A stretch of 64,000 bases of DNA from contig BQFW01000007.1 in assembly GCA_020891255.1 (NCBI GenBank), forward strand, positions 2,604,001-2,668,000. Reading direction: 5' to 3'. Each line of letters opens with the position of its first letter. Positions within the stretch are counted from its first letter, which is position 1. The notes beneath the pieces were generated by a model, which saw nothing but the letters and a program-made list of their open reading frames with translations, did not search any database and was not told the DNA's origin. This DNA comes from Entomortierella parvispora E1425 (Eukaryota > Fungi > Mortierellomycota). A program made the translations under genes and the position numbers. This document shows, piece after piece, positions 48,309 to 61,817 of the stretch.

Positions 48309-50034
48309 ATGACTGTCGACGACAGCGTGATGCAAAAGCTATGGAAGCTGACCAACGAACTCACCGCCCAACTGGTCTTCAACAGAAACGCGACCTTGGA
48401 ATTGAAGCAACAGCTGGCTGATCTCCAGGTACAATGGCACATTGCAGTAACATGTCTTGTCTGGCAGCAGAAACGAGAACCCTACTGGCACTCTCTTCTG
48501 TCCTTTGACTCCAGTTCTAACATGATCCGTTTCTCTCTTACTGAACTTGCACTAGGCAAAGACGGCCCAGGGTCCAATCTCGATTACACAGGGTGTCTCT
48601 GCCTACAACCCACAAGGTAGGACGAAAGAGCGAGTCTCCAGCACTCTTTTGCTGTCTTTGTGTGCACCACCCACGGCGCCCAAAGCTCGCGTGGTGGAGG
48701 GTCAGCCTTTGGCTCTTTGTTCAGCTTTAAGTTGTGAGCGCCTGTTGTTGACAATCGACTTTATTTCATGCCCATCTGTTGCATATCATTAGAGCACGCA
48801 GATTGGAGTCTAAGGATAGCAAACGAACGATTACAAGAGGAGAATGCACAACTACAGGAACAGCTTCGGGAATACGAGCGGTGGATGGAGTTTATCATGA
48901 CAAAGTTTCGACTTCAAAACGTAAGTCTTGGGATGTTGAATACCTCTAGACCCTTTGTAAAAGCACCTTTAATGACCATATGATATGCGTGAAGTTTCTT
49001 GGTCCACTAACACAAATCCTTCTTTGCTTTATTAGTTTGCTATGGCACAAAGTAGAAAAGAAGCTTTGCATGATGCTTACAGGATGGCAGAACAGGAAGG
49101 GGTAAGCCCCATGGTCACACGCATGCAGGGGGGGGGGGGCAGCAACTGGAGATCCGATTGCTTACCTCCCCAAAAGATCCTTGACCACGTTCTAATCATT
49201 TTCTCTCTCATTTGATCTATACGTTGTTAGGAGTTAGCCGCAAAACTTCAGGAAGAGAACGCAATATTGCAAGCTAGGCTAGTAGATGTTGGAGCTGTGG
49301 CACGCAAGGCCATCAGTGAGGAATACTACAATACGGAATCTATCATTGAGACACTCGAGATGGAGAACCAAGGTCTGCGCGAGATGCTGGGAGTAGCGTC
49401 AGATCACATGAATACGATGGCAATGGTGAATGCAGGAAACCGTGTATCGTTCCCCAGCACAGGATCCTATGCGGCTTCGAGTGGAAGCGATCGAGAGCCA
49501 ATGCATCCTCACCATGAGCACGAGCGCGGCTCAGCAGCCAAGGCTTCATCTGGACCGATATCAATGCCGCCAACAGCATCGGCAGCGGCCACGACGAAAG
49601 CAGCACACGGGTCACCGACGTCAGCAAATGAGGCGGCAGTCAGTTTAGCCAAGCACGCTGCTCAAATGTCTCTGAATGTCGCCGAGGGTGGAACAGTGCC
49701 AAAGGCTAACTCTGCATCTGTCACCGAGATGTCAACATCGCCGCCCGAGAAGGTCACAGAAAAGTCTTCAAAACCGATCGCCGGAAGCGGAGCCAAGAAG
49801 AAGACGGATGCGAAAACAGGAGCAACCCCTGCACATACGTCAGGATCATTGACCAAGGATGGGAAAGGAGGAATGACTATCAACACGACGATGTCTGGGA
49901 CGAAGAAAGCCACAAGCAACATCTCAAGCAACAGCAGCAGCAACAGCAACAGCAACAGCCATGTCAGCAATGGCACAACTACCAGCAACTCTACCTCCAA
50001 AACCCGAAAACCAGCTCGAAAAACAAAATCATAA
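48309..50034 (+). CDS. Coiled-coil SIKE/FGFR1OP2-like protein (STRIPAK subunit candidate) with S/T/K-rich tail
   Basis: About five exons. LQEENAQLQEQLREYERWMEFIMTKFR and LEMENQGLREML resemble the SIKE-family pattern LQQENKEL..LE.IMSKYR / LEQENKGLREIL as I recall it. Confidence 0.72.
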
Positions 50035-50822
50035 CAAGCGTGCAAAAAAGACAACCAAACCCAAAGAAAAGAGAAAAAGAAAAAGGCAGGCAACCCTATA
50101 TCCCGGCATTGACCATTCATTGTATCAAATCCAAACCAGACAAACATCATATCCACCAGGCCCAGTCCAGCCCTGTTCTGTTAAATAAACTTGCAGCACC
50201 CACAGAAAAGCAAACACAACACAACGCACATGGAAGTACAAAATGGTCCTCGCGATGTCCGTGTGGTCTCCAAGTGCAGCTCCTATATTTTGAGCAGTGT
50301 GTTTGCAGGGGATGGAGCACTGTCCACCCCGACCCAACAACCGATCCCATGCAGGGCAGAGTGTCAGCCACCTGAGGAGGATCCAGGGGAAGGAGAGGAC
50401 GAGAAGGGGCTGACATGGGGCGGTGCGGAGGAGAGAGAGAAGAAAAGCAGGTGAGAGAGAGCGACGTGCATCCGTGTGTATGTGTGCATCGTTTGAAGTC
50501 CATTTTTCTCTTTTTTTTCTTTTACAGTTTTCGCGCGCCTTTTTTTTTTTTTTTTTTATTTTGTGCGTCTTTCTTTCCCCCTTTGTCCTACTCCATCGCC
50601 CATTAGTCCATCTCTTCATCTCTTTGTTCTTTCTTTGCTTCCTCATCTTTTGGCAACATCCCTTCTTGCAAAAGCACATTCCTGCCCTGCAGACAGACAA
50701 TCTTTCTCCATTCACCTGTCTCATTCGCCAGTGGACACGCAGTTCCTGACAGCCCCCGGACCTCAGGCACCGCAGACAACAAGCACAGACCGCGCACACA
50801 CAACAACAGCCTATCATCCTCC

Positions 50823-53800
50823 ATGGACAATACCCAGGCACCTCCCACCTCCTCCTTGCCTCCACCGCCCAGGGACCTCTCCAACGAAGTTCCACTGAAG
50901 GACCTGGACTGGGCAAAGCTGCAAAGGCCTGCACGGCCCTATGCACGAGTCCAACTGACCGTTGAGCCCGACCGATTCGTGCTCCAACCTCTCATCGATC
51001 TTTCCTCCACAGCCCACCACGCTACCTCTCCACAAGAGAGTGGACAGAACAGCAGCAACTGTGATGGCAAGAAGGACCTTGGGAATGATGAGGAAGGAAC
51101 GAGCGACGAGAAGCAGCAGGAACACGTTCAGATTCTCTTTCGGACGGAAAGGGAAGACGACCTCCTTCGACAACACAAGGAGGAACAGCATGTTCAGGGG
51201 ACGACAACCTCGACCCTGGATCAAGATCAAGATCAGGTCACTGACCATATCGATCAAGGACACCAGGAGGTGGACCATGGGCTGAAAGAGGAGCATATGC
51301 ATCACTCTGCCACTGGAGCCCCTTCTGTTGAACCTTTGACAACCTCGGATGCACCGGGACCCTCCTCTGGTCGAGTCTCCTTTGTCGAGCCAGGTGAGCT
51401 CTTTTTTTTTTATCTCGTCTTTGTCAGAAACATAAGGTTCACGGATATCAATGTCATGACGACGGGCGATCAAGACGGCGCTAGGCTGGGTTTCTCCGTG
51501 GATAGCTGTTTCTCACGCTGCAATCTTTTGTTGTCGGACATACGATAGGGACGTACACACGATCTACGGGTGCCCGCGACTACGTAATCTACGGCTGCAT
51601 CGGATTGCTAGATCTTCATACTGGTATGTGAAAGAGAATTCTTTTCACTCTACTGCCTGCTCAAAGCCAAATCGAGACATTGCATTAAGACTAAATGCGC
51701 GCTTTCGCCGTCTTGTAGGGCCACACTTGATCGTCATTGCTTCGGTGAAGGCTCTAGGCGACATTGAAGATATGGCTGTGTTTGCCATCGATAAAGTCGC
51801 CATTCTGCCCATGAATGCACATGAATCAACACAAGTCCTGGATCGACTGGCTCAAGCCCTGGATCTCTCTGCAGGATCAGCAAACTTGCAAGCTCAGATC
51901 CTGGACTCGGAATCCTCCAGCACCCTGGCGACTTCAACCACAGGTACACCTGTGCCAGAGACAGAAACTCTTACTGCCAACCTAGAGGAGACAGTACTTG
52001 CGATACCTATAAAATCGCCCAAGATTCGATTCTCATTTCTTGGGCTGAAACAAGAGAAGGTACTGCAGAAATCGGCCTCGAGTCCTAATATCCCAGTCAA
52101 GGAAACTCTCGAGGACCCTGCTTCGGTGGGCAGTCCTTCCAGTCCCCTTAGCCCGAAGCGAGTGTCTTTTGAAGTGCCAAGGCTAAAGATCGACGGCGAG
52201 AATACCGGCGAGGACGGCATCCAGAGCCCGATGGCTGCAGCATCCAAAGCAGGCCAACCGGGATTCTTTACGAAACTCAAGGAGAGCATGAAGGCTAGGA
52301 AGAGTATGGACGAGATGGCTGGGCTTCAACTTGTGGATCCTGACCTAGATGCTCAAACCCCTGCGATACTGGAAGTGAACAGCGAAACAACATCGCCACA
52401 GCAGCAGAGCGAGGAGCAGCCGACAATCACCATTGATACCAGCAGCAGTCCCCCTGCATCTCGACCCCCAGCTTCTCCACGGTCACCCTCAGCTCTGGAT
52501 GCTGCAGAAAAATTTGTACTCAACTCTACAAAGCAACTTGCCGATTGGGGCGAAGAGACTGTGGCTGGCGTCTTGAAAAGCTCTACGACCTTTTCGCTTT
52601 CTAAAACTGCCAAGGCCACAGAAGACAAATCGCAAGAGAAAGAGGCGTCGGAGAATACGCAGGCGAAGGTTTTGGGATTGGCCCCTGTCACTGGAGGAGC
52701 AGGAGGTGAGGAAGCAGAACGGAACAAATCTTTGGACCGACGAGTGATTCGAGAAATGTCGTCCATCTTCGGAACGGGATTCTACTTTTCGACAGAACTG
52801 AACTTGTTGTCGTCGATGCAGAAGCGATCGGATTATGCAAGAGAACACCCAGCGGAGGAAATCCCTCTGTGGTACCAAGTCGATCGTCGATTCTGGTGGA
52901 ACGAACATTTGTCCAAGGAGTTTCTCGAGATTGAGGTATTCTGCAATGCTACTACTGGAGATTTTTTTCCTTTTATCCTTTTATTTTCGGCTTGAAGTCG
53001 TAGAGAAGTTTTACTAATTTCAATATTTTTGAACGCTCAGGCAAACGGCTATATACTTCCGATTATGCAAGGATATGTCGAGATCGAGCAGTGCGAGATT
53101 GAAGAGCAACCTTTCGAGTTCACGTTGATTTCGAGGAGAAGCAAGGAGAGATCTGGTCTCCGATACCAGAGACGTGGTATCGATGAGACTGGGAATACGG
53201 CCAACTTTGTGGAGACTGAGCAACTCTTGCGCATCACTGTAAGTCATTTTTGAGTGTATAGGGAAGAGTAGTGACAGCGCATGTTAAGAAGAAAGTAGAT
53301 CTTAACGTCGACCTCACTTTGAATAGCGTGATGATAGCGACCACCAAGTTTCGTTTGTACAGACCCGAGGATCGATTCCCCTCTTTTGGTCCCAGTCGCC
53401 TTACCGTCTAAAGCCGATCCCCATCATGGAGAGGAGCGAAGAAGAGAACGACGAAGGATTTCAGAAACACGTTCACAGCCAGATAGACCAGTACGGTCGA
53501 CAAATCTTGATCAGTCTTGTGGAACAACATGGAAGAGAGGTCATTGCAGGATCGGCTTACACTCATCATGTCAAAAAGCTGGCCGAACCACAAGTCAGGT
53601 ATCCTGAGAGCTCCAAGACTTTTGTTACTGTGGAAGCGGATGTGCCATATAACTAATCGAATGTCCATCGTCAAATAATAGATATGTCGAGTTTGACTTT
53701 CACGAGCAGTGCAGAGGCATGAAGTATGAGAATATCGATCGGCTGATCAAGAGCTTGGAGGTCCCGATTCATGAGCTTGGTTACTGCTGGCTGGCCCCCC

Positions 53801-56181
53801 GGAACGACGGCGTGGACCGTGGAGATGATGCTTCTTTTGAACGACTATACGATCAAAAGGGAGTGATCCGAACGAACTGCATGGATTGTCTGGATCGTAC
53901 CAACGTCGTCCAAAGCGCTGTGGGTCGTCACATCTTGAATCACCAGCTCTTGCGACTCGGCATCGCCTCCTTCCCTGACAAGGGCCTTTCGGTGTATGAG
54001 GATTTTGAGAATGTGTTCAATCATATTTGGGCCAACAACGGAGATGCCATCAGTCGAGAGTATGCAGGAACGAGTGCTCTGAAGGGCGACTTTACCAGAA
54101 CAGGAAAAAGAAATCTCCAAGGCATGGTCAATGATGCGACGAATTCCATTGCGAGAATGTATCAAAACACATTCAAGGACTACTTCCGACAGGCGGCCAT
54201 TGACTACTTACTGGGCAAGGCTGACGTGGATGTTTTCAGGAATTTGCAGACGACTGCCTTTGGAACGGCTGTGGTCCCTGCTCCAATTTTACCGCCGGTG
54301 ACAGAGCAGCCTCAGCAACAGATTCACTCTTCGGCCTCAGAGCCAGCTCTCCCTTCACTGCTGCTCGCACAGAATGGAAGTGTTTCAGCAGCTGGATCAA
54401 AATCTGTGGGCTTACTTCCTTCATTGATCCCCATGGAGCAGGGTCAGCAAGAATCTTCGCTCCCGGATGAAAAGTCAGAAGAGGCATGGGTCCGTGTTCG
54501 AGAGGCGGCGATTGAGACATCGGCCGAGATTGTGATCTCCCCAGGCGAGGAACGTTGGAAGGGATGGACATTTATCTGTTGCTCGAACGAGATCAGCAGC
54601 GCTCTCACATCTGCCTCATCGCCGTACTCATCTCCTCAACAGCCCTCCAAGCGAAAAAACACCTCGGCATCATCTTCTCCGCTCAGAAAGAAGTCGGCTT
54701 GGTCCAAAGTTATCCCCCTTGTGGATTCGTTGGATTCCAAAAAGACAGATGCCGAAAAGGAGGAGCATTCGCCCGTGTTTTACGACGAAAAGATTGTGCT
54801 GCTGACGGAAAAGGCGCTCTACATCTGCACATACGACTATGACATGGAAAAAGTTCTCGAGTTCTGGCGGTTGGCACTAGAAAAGATGACAGGAATCGAC
54901 AAGGGCGCGTATTTCGTCACGGCGCAAGATGCTTCGCGACTGGGTCAGGATCCACTAGAAAATTATGGATTCGCTGTTATTTATCGGGCCAGTGCTGCAG
55001 GAGAGACGCTCAGAGTCAACAGTGGCAGTGTTCGAAACCGGCGAATGATGGGCGTGCACTGGACACCGCTGTCAGAGGCTACGGACCTGGAACAGGTTCA
55101 GGAGGAAGAGGAGACTGGGGATGATGAGGGCCAGACCGTGTCAGAAGGAAGACCAGCAACGCACGTGAATGGATCCAGTAGCGCCGTCGTTTCGGAAGCG
55201 GAGGATGGACGGTCAGCCAAGAGCATACTGAAGGGTGAAGCCAAGGACTTTAATACGGTTCGGTTCAAAATTGTGAAGCATCCCGAGACGTCCATCGTTC
55301 CCTTTGTCTCCTCCTCGTCGATTTCAAACTCGACAAGTCTGCAACAAAAGGCCAACCCATCGGGTTACAAGCGCACGGCCCAGGATTGTGTTGAATGGGT
55401 AGTGACTGAGATTGTGCAAGCCCGATGTGAGCTCATCTCGGTGGCCGAGAAAGGATTGGGATCAGGATCTAATGCCAAAGATGGCTCAGAGACCCCACCG
55501 CCTCCCGGAAACACAAGTCAGCATGGAGCCTCCCCAAGCGAGGAGTATACAGGGCTGCAGTCCGAGGTACAAGTCGACTTGGTGATTCGTGATCGGGTGC
55601 TTCAAAGTCTGGAAATGGCAGCACAACTTGAGGGCGGCTCATCGTCGGCTACAGTATCGAACCCAATCAAGAAATCGAAAAAGTCCTTTTCGTCCTTCTT
55701 TACATCCTCCTTGGCCCTCAACAAGGCCACACAGCAGCAGCAGCAGCAGCAGCAGCAGCCACAAGAGCAAGCGAGATCGTCCTTGTTCCCTCCTCAGCCT
55801 GCGTCCAACAATAACAAGTCGTGGTTGAAAAAGTTTTCATTTGGGAACACCAGCAGCACGGACGATGATTTCGAGGACACGGACGAGGAAGACACATTAG
55901 AGCGTCAACAGCGACGGCGGTTCCGAAAAGTGGTGACCAAGGACTCGGGGCCATCACTGAACCCGTCTGAGACCCAAGGGTTGGTCACGGCCGCTGCAGC
56001 CGCGGAGGCTCATCTTCAACAAAAACAACGACAACAGCCACAAGAACCCTCGGCACAGGCTCCGAATGGGGTCGACTCGTCTGTATCATCACTGGCTCCG
56101 AGCTTTGGGCAGTCTTTCGGGGGACAACGAAATAGTGGAGGCGTGTTTGCGAAATTCAAGCAGGCAGTCAAGAACTTGTAA
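50823..56181 (+). CDS. SAC-domain phosphoinositide phosphatase with hSac2 domain (SAC2/INPP5F-like)
   Basis: GFYFSTELNL, DRRFWWNEHL, PIMQGYV, TLISRRSKERSGLRYQRRGIDETGNTANFVETEQ, SFVQTRGSIPLFWSQ, and the catalytic CX5R motif RTNCMDCLDRTNVVQ; WANNGDAISREYAGTSALKGDFTRTG; hSac2-like EKIVLLTEKALYICTYDY. Confidence 0.95.
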
Positions 56182-56570
56182 TTTTTTTTTTTACTATATA
56201 AAATCTGCTGGAGGATGAATGGTTTTGAACATCTTTGGCATTGTTTTTTTTTTTGGGCATATCGCATTTAGTTGAGTGTGCCCACGAGTTGAGTGCGGCA
56301 AGTGATCCAACCGTTCTGAACGAAGCCGCAAACCGCAAGCAACCGCGGGAACATCTAGACCGGTAGCTGTCTGCACCCCCAGCTCATACTTCAGAGCACC
56401 CACCTCGTCGATCCACCGCGACGACTGCGGCCCTAGACGAAACCTCACCTTCCTCTCCTGGCATCTCCTGCTCTTCAGTACGTAAGTTGTCACATTCAAC
56501 TTGTGGCCACACTCAACTAACTTCAATATATTATAATAATACCCTTTTTTTTCAACTGAGTTTGGTCAAA

Positions 56571-56710
56571 TGTCCAAAGTGAAGAAAGAGTGTTGGAACT
56601 TGAGTTCCTCTACTAGCGCCAAAGTTCCTACGTCGCCAAAGTTCTCTCATCTCCAATCGAGTTGCATGACACGGTCCAGGAGGTCAGCCTTGAGTAGATC
56701 TCTGAAAGCG
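56571..56710 (-). pseudogene. Degenerate RNI-like LRR relic
   Basis: The minus strand contains gcgctttcagag (ALSE), tgcaactcgattggagatgag (CNSIGDE) and DVGTLALVEELKFQHSFFTLDI, with frame breaks. These are the same DNA motifs as in the neighbouring LRR genes. Confidence 0.55.
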
Positions 56711-57332
56711 CCGCGCGCGTGCGCCATTGTTTTTTTTTTTTTTTTTTTTCCCAAGTTTAGGGCAGAAAGTGTCGAGTGGATCTTTTGAGTTGCCGAGAAT
56801 CAAGGTAGAGAGCGTACAGTTGGTCTTGAGAGCCTCTGACAGCGCGCAAGCATCATTTTTGTAATAAATATGTTGATATTGCGCTTTTCCAGCCCCACCC
56901 GTTCAATTTCATTTCGCAAATCGCGAGATGGTGAATTGAAAAAAACGACATCGCGGATATCTATCTACCTTTATCGCATTTGCTATACTGCAGCAAATAC
57001 GACTTTAGGTAGAAATCTTCCTGAAATCGCAGTTGCTGCGACACCAAATCGACCCGTCCGTGCGCGTTCCCAAAAAATCATTCCGCTCGCTGCAGTCATG
57101 AGATGTGGGTCGCGGCCAGCATGGACAAGAAGAAGACTCTCTTTGCCTTTACACTTCCATGTCTCTGTGCCTCCATCACCTTGCACTTGTAATGTACATC
57201 CGCCCCAGCTCTAATTCCCCCTCTCTCTCATTCCTTCCTTCCTTCCTTCTTTCCTTCACTCATAGTCACCTGGCCTGTTTGCTGATGCGCTGTTTGCGTT
57301 GCTGCCTCTGTGCTGGAGAGGACAGTCCGATT

Positions 57333-58068
57333 CAGCAGACCAGCAAGTTCTTCAGCAAACAACAGCAAGCATTTCAGCAGACCAGCATGTTTTTCAGCAA
57401 ACAACGGCAAGCATTTCAGCAGACCAGCATGTTTTTCAGCAAACAACAGCAAGCATTTCAGCAGACCAGCAAGTTCTTCAGCGAACAACAGCAAGCATTT
57501 CAGCAGACCAGCATGTTTTTCAGCAAACAACGGCAAGCATTTCAGCAGACCAGCATGTTTTTCAGCAAACAACAGCAAGCATTTCAGCAGACCAGCAAGT
57601 TCTTCAGCAAACAACAGCAAGCATTTCAGCAGACCAGCATGTTTTTCAGCAAACAACGGCAAGCATTTCAGCAGACCAGCATGTTTTTCAGCAAACAACA
57701 GCAAGCATTTCAGCAGACCAGCAAGTTCTTCAGCGAACAACAGCAAGCATTTCAGCAGACCAGCATGTTTTTCAGCAAACAACGGCAAGCATTTCAGCAG
57801 ACCAGCATGTTTTTCAGCAAACAACAGCAAGCATTTCAGCAGACCAGCAAGTTCTTCAGCGAACAACAGCAAGCATTTCAGCAGACCAGCATGTTTTTCA
57901 GCAAACAACGGCAAGCATTTCAGCAGACCAGCATGTTTTTCAGCAAACAACAGCAAGCATTTCAGCAGACCAGCAAGTTCTTCAGCAAACAACAGTAAAC
58001 ATTTCAGCAAACCAGCAAGTTCTTCAGCAAACAATAGCAAATATTTCAGCAGACCAGCAGGTTCTTAA
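57333..58068. repeat. 42-bp minisatellite (~17 units) arranged as a 126-bp three-monomer higher-order repeat
   Basis: Monomer cagcagaccagcaagttcttcagcaaacaacagcaagcattt. Variant order A B C A' B C A B C A' B C A' B C A, then 1-2 degenerate units. Confidence 0.98.
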
Positions 58069-58318
58069 AGACACCTTCCAACTAACACTTTAAAACATTT
58101 TCCCAAAGACACTCTTCTTCCTCCCCTTCCTTCCCCTTGATTCCTTTGGTTTTAGCCACCTGTTCATTACATATTAGTCTAATAAAAAAAACACTTTTGA
58201 GAGGGAAGAAAAAGACTCCCTTTTTAAGGTTGATGGAGTGAATGCATGATGAGAGTGAATGCAATATGGAGAGAGATGGAGCGAGCTTCGCCCAGATCTG
58301 ATCTGAGCCCAATCACTT

Positions 58319-59715
58319 TCACCAATAAATTCTCAGGGCAGAGTTGGTCTCGGCGACTTCTGTTAGAGCTTGACCTCCCTCTTCTCCAACTGAGTTACCC
58401 CGTAAATCCATGTGGAACAGGGTTCGTCTGGTCATGAGCGCTGCCGAGAGTGCCAGAGCTCCGCCACATCCAACCGAGTTGTCACAGAGGCCCAGAGTGG
58501 ACAGAGTCGAATTGATCAAGAGTGCCTCTGCCATTGCCTCTGCTCCTTTCTTTTCAATCATGTTCTGCCTTAAATCCAGAGCCAATAGGGTCCTGTTGGT
58601 CCTGAGGGCGTTTGCCAAAGCAAAAGCTCCAATATCGTCGATTGAATTAAAGGACAATTCTAAAACGGTCAGGGTCCTGTTGCACTCGAGTGCTTCTGAA
58701 AGCGCTTGACCTCCGACCGTTCCAATCGAGCAGCCGGCCAGTGATAGAAGCGCCAACCCCGAGTTCATCTTGAGTGCTTCTGAGAGCGCCTGGACAGCCT
58801 CGTCCTTGATCGGGTTTATCTGCAAGATTAACTCAGACAGTGTCGGGTTGATCTTGAGTGCTTTGGCTAGTGCCTCCATACCTTCGGCATGTATAAGATT
58901 TTCACTCAGATCCAAGGTGGACAAAGTCTTGTTGACTTTGAGCATCTCTGACAGCGCCTGAGCCCCTTCATTTGCAATCACATTACTGCGCAACTTTAAG
59001 GTAGACACCCCAGAGTTGGTTTTGAGAGCCTCTGACAGTTCTAGAGTCCCGTCAGTCTTGAGCATGTTGTGGCTCAAATCCAGGTTCTCCAAGGTATTGT
59101 TGGTTTTGAGGGCCTGCGACAGTGCCTGAGCTCCAGTATTCTCTATCCGATTGTGCCTCAGACACAACGTTGTCAGTGTCTTGCTGCATTTGAGCACCTC
59201 TGAAAGAGCTTGAGCTCCAACCCTGCCAATCCAATTGCCCCTCAGATCCAGTGTTGTCAGTGTCCTGTTGATCTTGAGCGCGTCCGATAAAGATTGAAAT
59301 CCATTCCCGCCAATCCGACTGTGCGCCAGGCTCAACGTTGTCAGGGTTGTGTTGGTCTTGAGGGTCTCTGACAGCACCAGAGTGTTTTTATCAAGAATTG
59401 GGTGTTCGTTCAAGTCCAAAGAGGATAGAGACAAATTGGTCAGGAAGGTTGAAAGCAATACATCCGCTTTAGGAGAAAGAAGAGCTTTCTCGTTAGACAT
59501 TTGAAATGCAAGGTGTCGTATCAGATGCTTGTTTTTGGTGAGAGTCTCTTGACTGGGGCCCTTTTCAGAATAAAAGACAAGGATGTAGAGCGCTGGCGTG
59601 AAGGATGCGCTCCAGTCTAGACTCACAAGTGCACAGGATGCAAGATCTTTGTGACGAAGACTCCTCGCAATTCGTGAACGGATCTCATGAGTTCGAGAGG
59701 ATGTGTGTGCGACAT
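58319..59715 (-). pseudogene. F-box + RNI-like LRR gene (family B, copy 1); 12-13 intact 28-aa repeats but a 1-bp frameshift in the F-box
   Basis: 28-aa repeats NxTLxxLDLxxNxIGxxGAxALSEALKx. ATG 59715 (MSHTHPLE) is out of frame because of a 1-nt deletion near 59688 relative to copy 2 (HPLDLHEIRSRIA). A sequencing error cannot be excluded. Confidence 0.75.
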
Positions 59716-60329
59716 TAGTTTTAATGTGGATGGTACAAAAGAGGAATCAATGACGGTGGAGAGAATGAAGAGGATAGGATATCAGAGGGGGACAACCCAA
59801 TGCAGGGTTGCGATACGAAAGCAGACAAAAAGAGAGAAACAGTGTGCTCTTCGAGGGGGAAGGAGGAAAGAGAGCAGAAGACAAGCACTGACCTGGTGGA
59901 AGGTTGCCGCAGTCAGTTGGTGGCGAAGCCCTCAGATTTAATGCAGAGAGCAATTGTTGAAATCCATGGCATGCATGTCTCGGCTCTCATGGGAATTCTC
60001 TCGCAAGGCAAAGAGCCAGCCTGTGGTCGCTCCAGCGCTTTTTTACCATGTAGTTTTTTTTTTCTTTTGTTCAACCTATCAAAGAATTTTCAGGGCAGAA
60101 TTTTAAAAAAGAGTGAGTGAAGAAAAAAAAGGGGGACGACAGCTTTATTGTTTTTTTGCTGGCGTTGATCCAGCAGATTGCCTACAGTTGTCAAATGTGC
60201 GATCTTCGCCGCAGCAGTTCACGGAACGAGCTCTCGCCACATGGTACGATTGGGCTGTGCAGCCAGACGCTTCAGCTTTTTCTTTTATTCGTGAGCTCAA
60301 GATTTACAGTACTCAGCTCTTCAACCGAA

Positions 60330-61456
60330 CTACACAAGATTGGCCATGTGTACTTCTGCCAGGGCTTGATGTCCTTCTTGTCCAATCAAGTTGACCAACA
60401 AGTTCAAGGAAGACAGAGTCCTATTGGTCTTGAGTCCCACCGATAGTGCCTGAGCTCCTTCGTTTCCAACTGAGTTGCTGCACAAGTCCAAAGAGATCAG
60501 CGTCGAGTTGATCACTAGTGCTTCTGATATTGCTCGTGCTCCTTCATTTCCAATCAAGTTGTGTCTCAAGTCTAGGGTAGTCAAGGTGCTGTTGGTCTTG
60601 AGCGCCTCTGAAAGTGCCAATACTCCACGATCGCCGATTGAATTGAAGGACAATTCCAATGAAGTCAGCGTATTGTTGAACTTGAGCGCCGCAGACAACG
60701 CCTGTGCTCTGTGGTGTCCAACACCGTTGTGGTTCAATCTCAAGACTCTCAAAGCTACGTTGGTCTTGAGGACTTCTGAAAGCGCCTGGGCGCCTGCTTA
60801 TCCCACAGAGTTGTGCTGCAGGTTCAAAGTTGACAGGGCTGTGTTTTTCTTGAGTGCCGCTGCCAGGACCAGAATTCCTTCAGTTTCAAACAGGTTGGAT
60901 TCCAAGTTCAATGTCTCCAGAGTATTATTGACCATGAGGGCTTTTGACAATCCGCTCCGATCAAATCAATCGAGTTGTTCCCCAGATCCAAATCCGTCAG
61001 AGTCCCATTCGTCTTTAGTACATCTGATAGAGCCTGAGCTCCGTCGTCTTGAACCCATGTGTACATCAGATTCAGCGCCGTCAAGGCTGTGTTGGTCTTG
61101 AGGGTCTGCGACAGCAACAAGGTGCCGTTATCTTCCAGCGAGTTTTCGCTCAAATCCAAGGTGGAGAGCGACAATTCAACCAAGATGCGGGAAAGAAGTG
61201 CATATCCCTCGGTTGTTGCAAGGGCGTCATAGCTAGAGCCCCGCAATTTGAGGTGTCGTATCAAATGTCTCTTTGACCCAAGAGTCTCTGGACTAAGACC
61301 CTGTTCGGAACATATTACAAAACTATAGAGTGTCGGTGTGAAGGACCTGTTCCAATCCAGACACACCCTCGCACAGGATGCAAGATCTTTGTGACCAAGG
61401 CTCTTGGCGATTCGTGAACGGATCTCGTGCAGATCGAGGGGATGTGTTTGTCTCAT
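60330..61456 (-). pseudogene. F-box + RNI-like LRR gene (family B, copy 2), disrupted
   Basis: Intact start MRQTHPLDLHEIRSRIAKSLGHKDLASCARVCLDW. Frameshift near 60945 and in-frame TAA at 60798-60800 (NSVG*AGAQALSE). Confidence 0.85.
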
Positions 61457-61817
61457 TTTTTTTTTTTTCGTTGTGAAATGTGGAGGGGAGAAAACAAGCG
61501 AAATGAGATGCTAGAGAATACAGGTGACGCAATGATCCGAGCTAGACAGGAACAATGGACGTAGATGCACTGCAGTGAGTTGAAGAAAATATCAAAAGTG
61601 AGTGAAGAGGGAAAAGAAGACAACTGGGTTTCCATCCACCAATTTCTCAGACCCTCTGATTTCAAAGAAGCCTCGCCACCGGTGGTATTCTAGAAGACTC
61701 TGCGACTTGATTGCTCTTTGGAACCCCTGCCTGCAAGCTACACCTGGGCTGTGCCATCCAAGGCTCACAGCGGTTTTTTTTCCTTTGCCAGTTGCAACAA
61801 TCTGTTATTCACACATT

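Noticed and set aside
57333-58068. CRISPR-like array
   Set aside because: Units are contiguous near-identical 42-mers with no unique spacers, there are no cas genes, and the context is eukaryotic.
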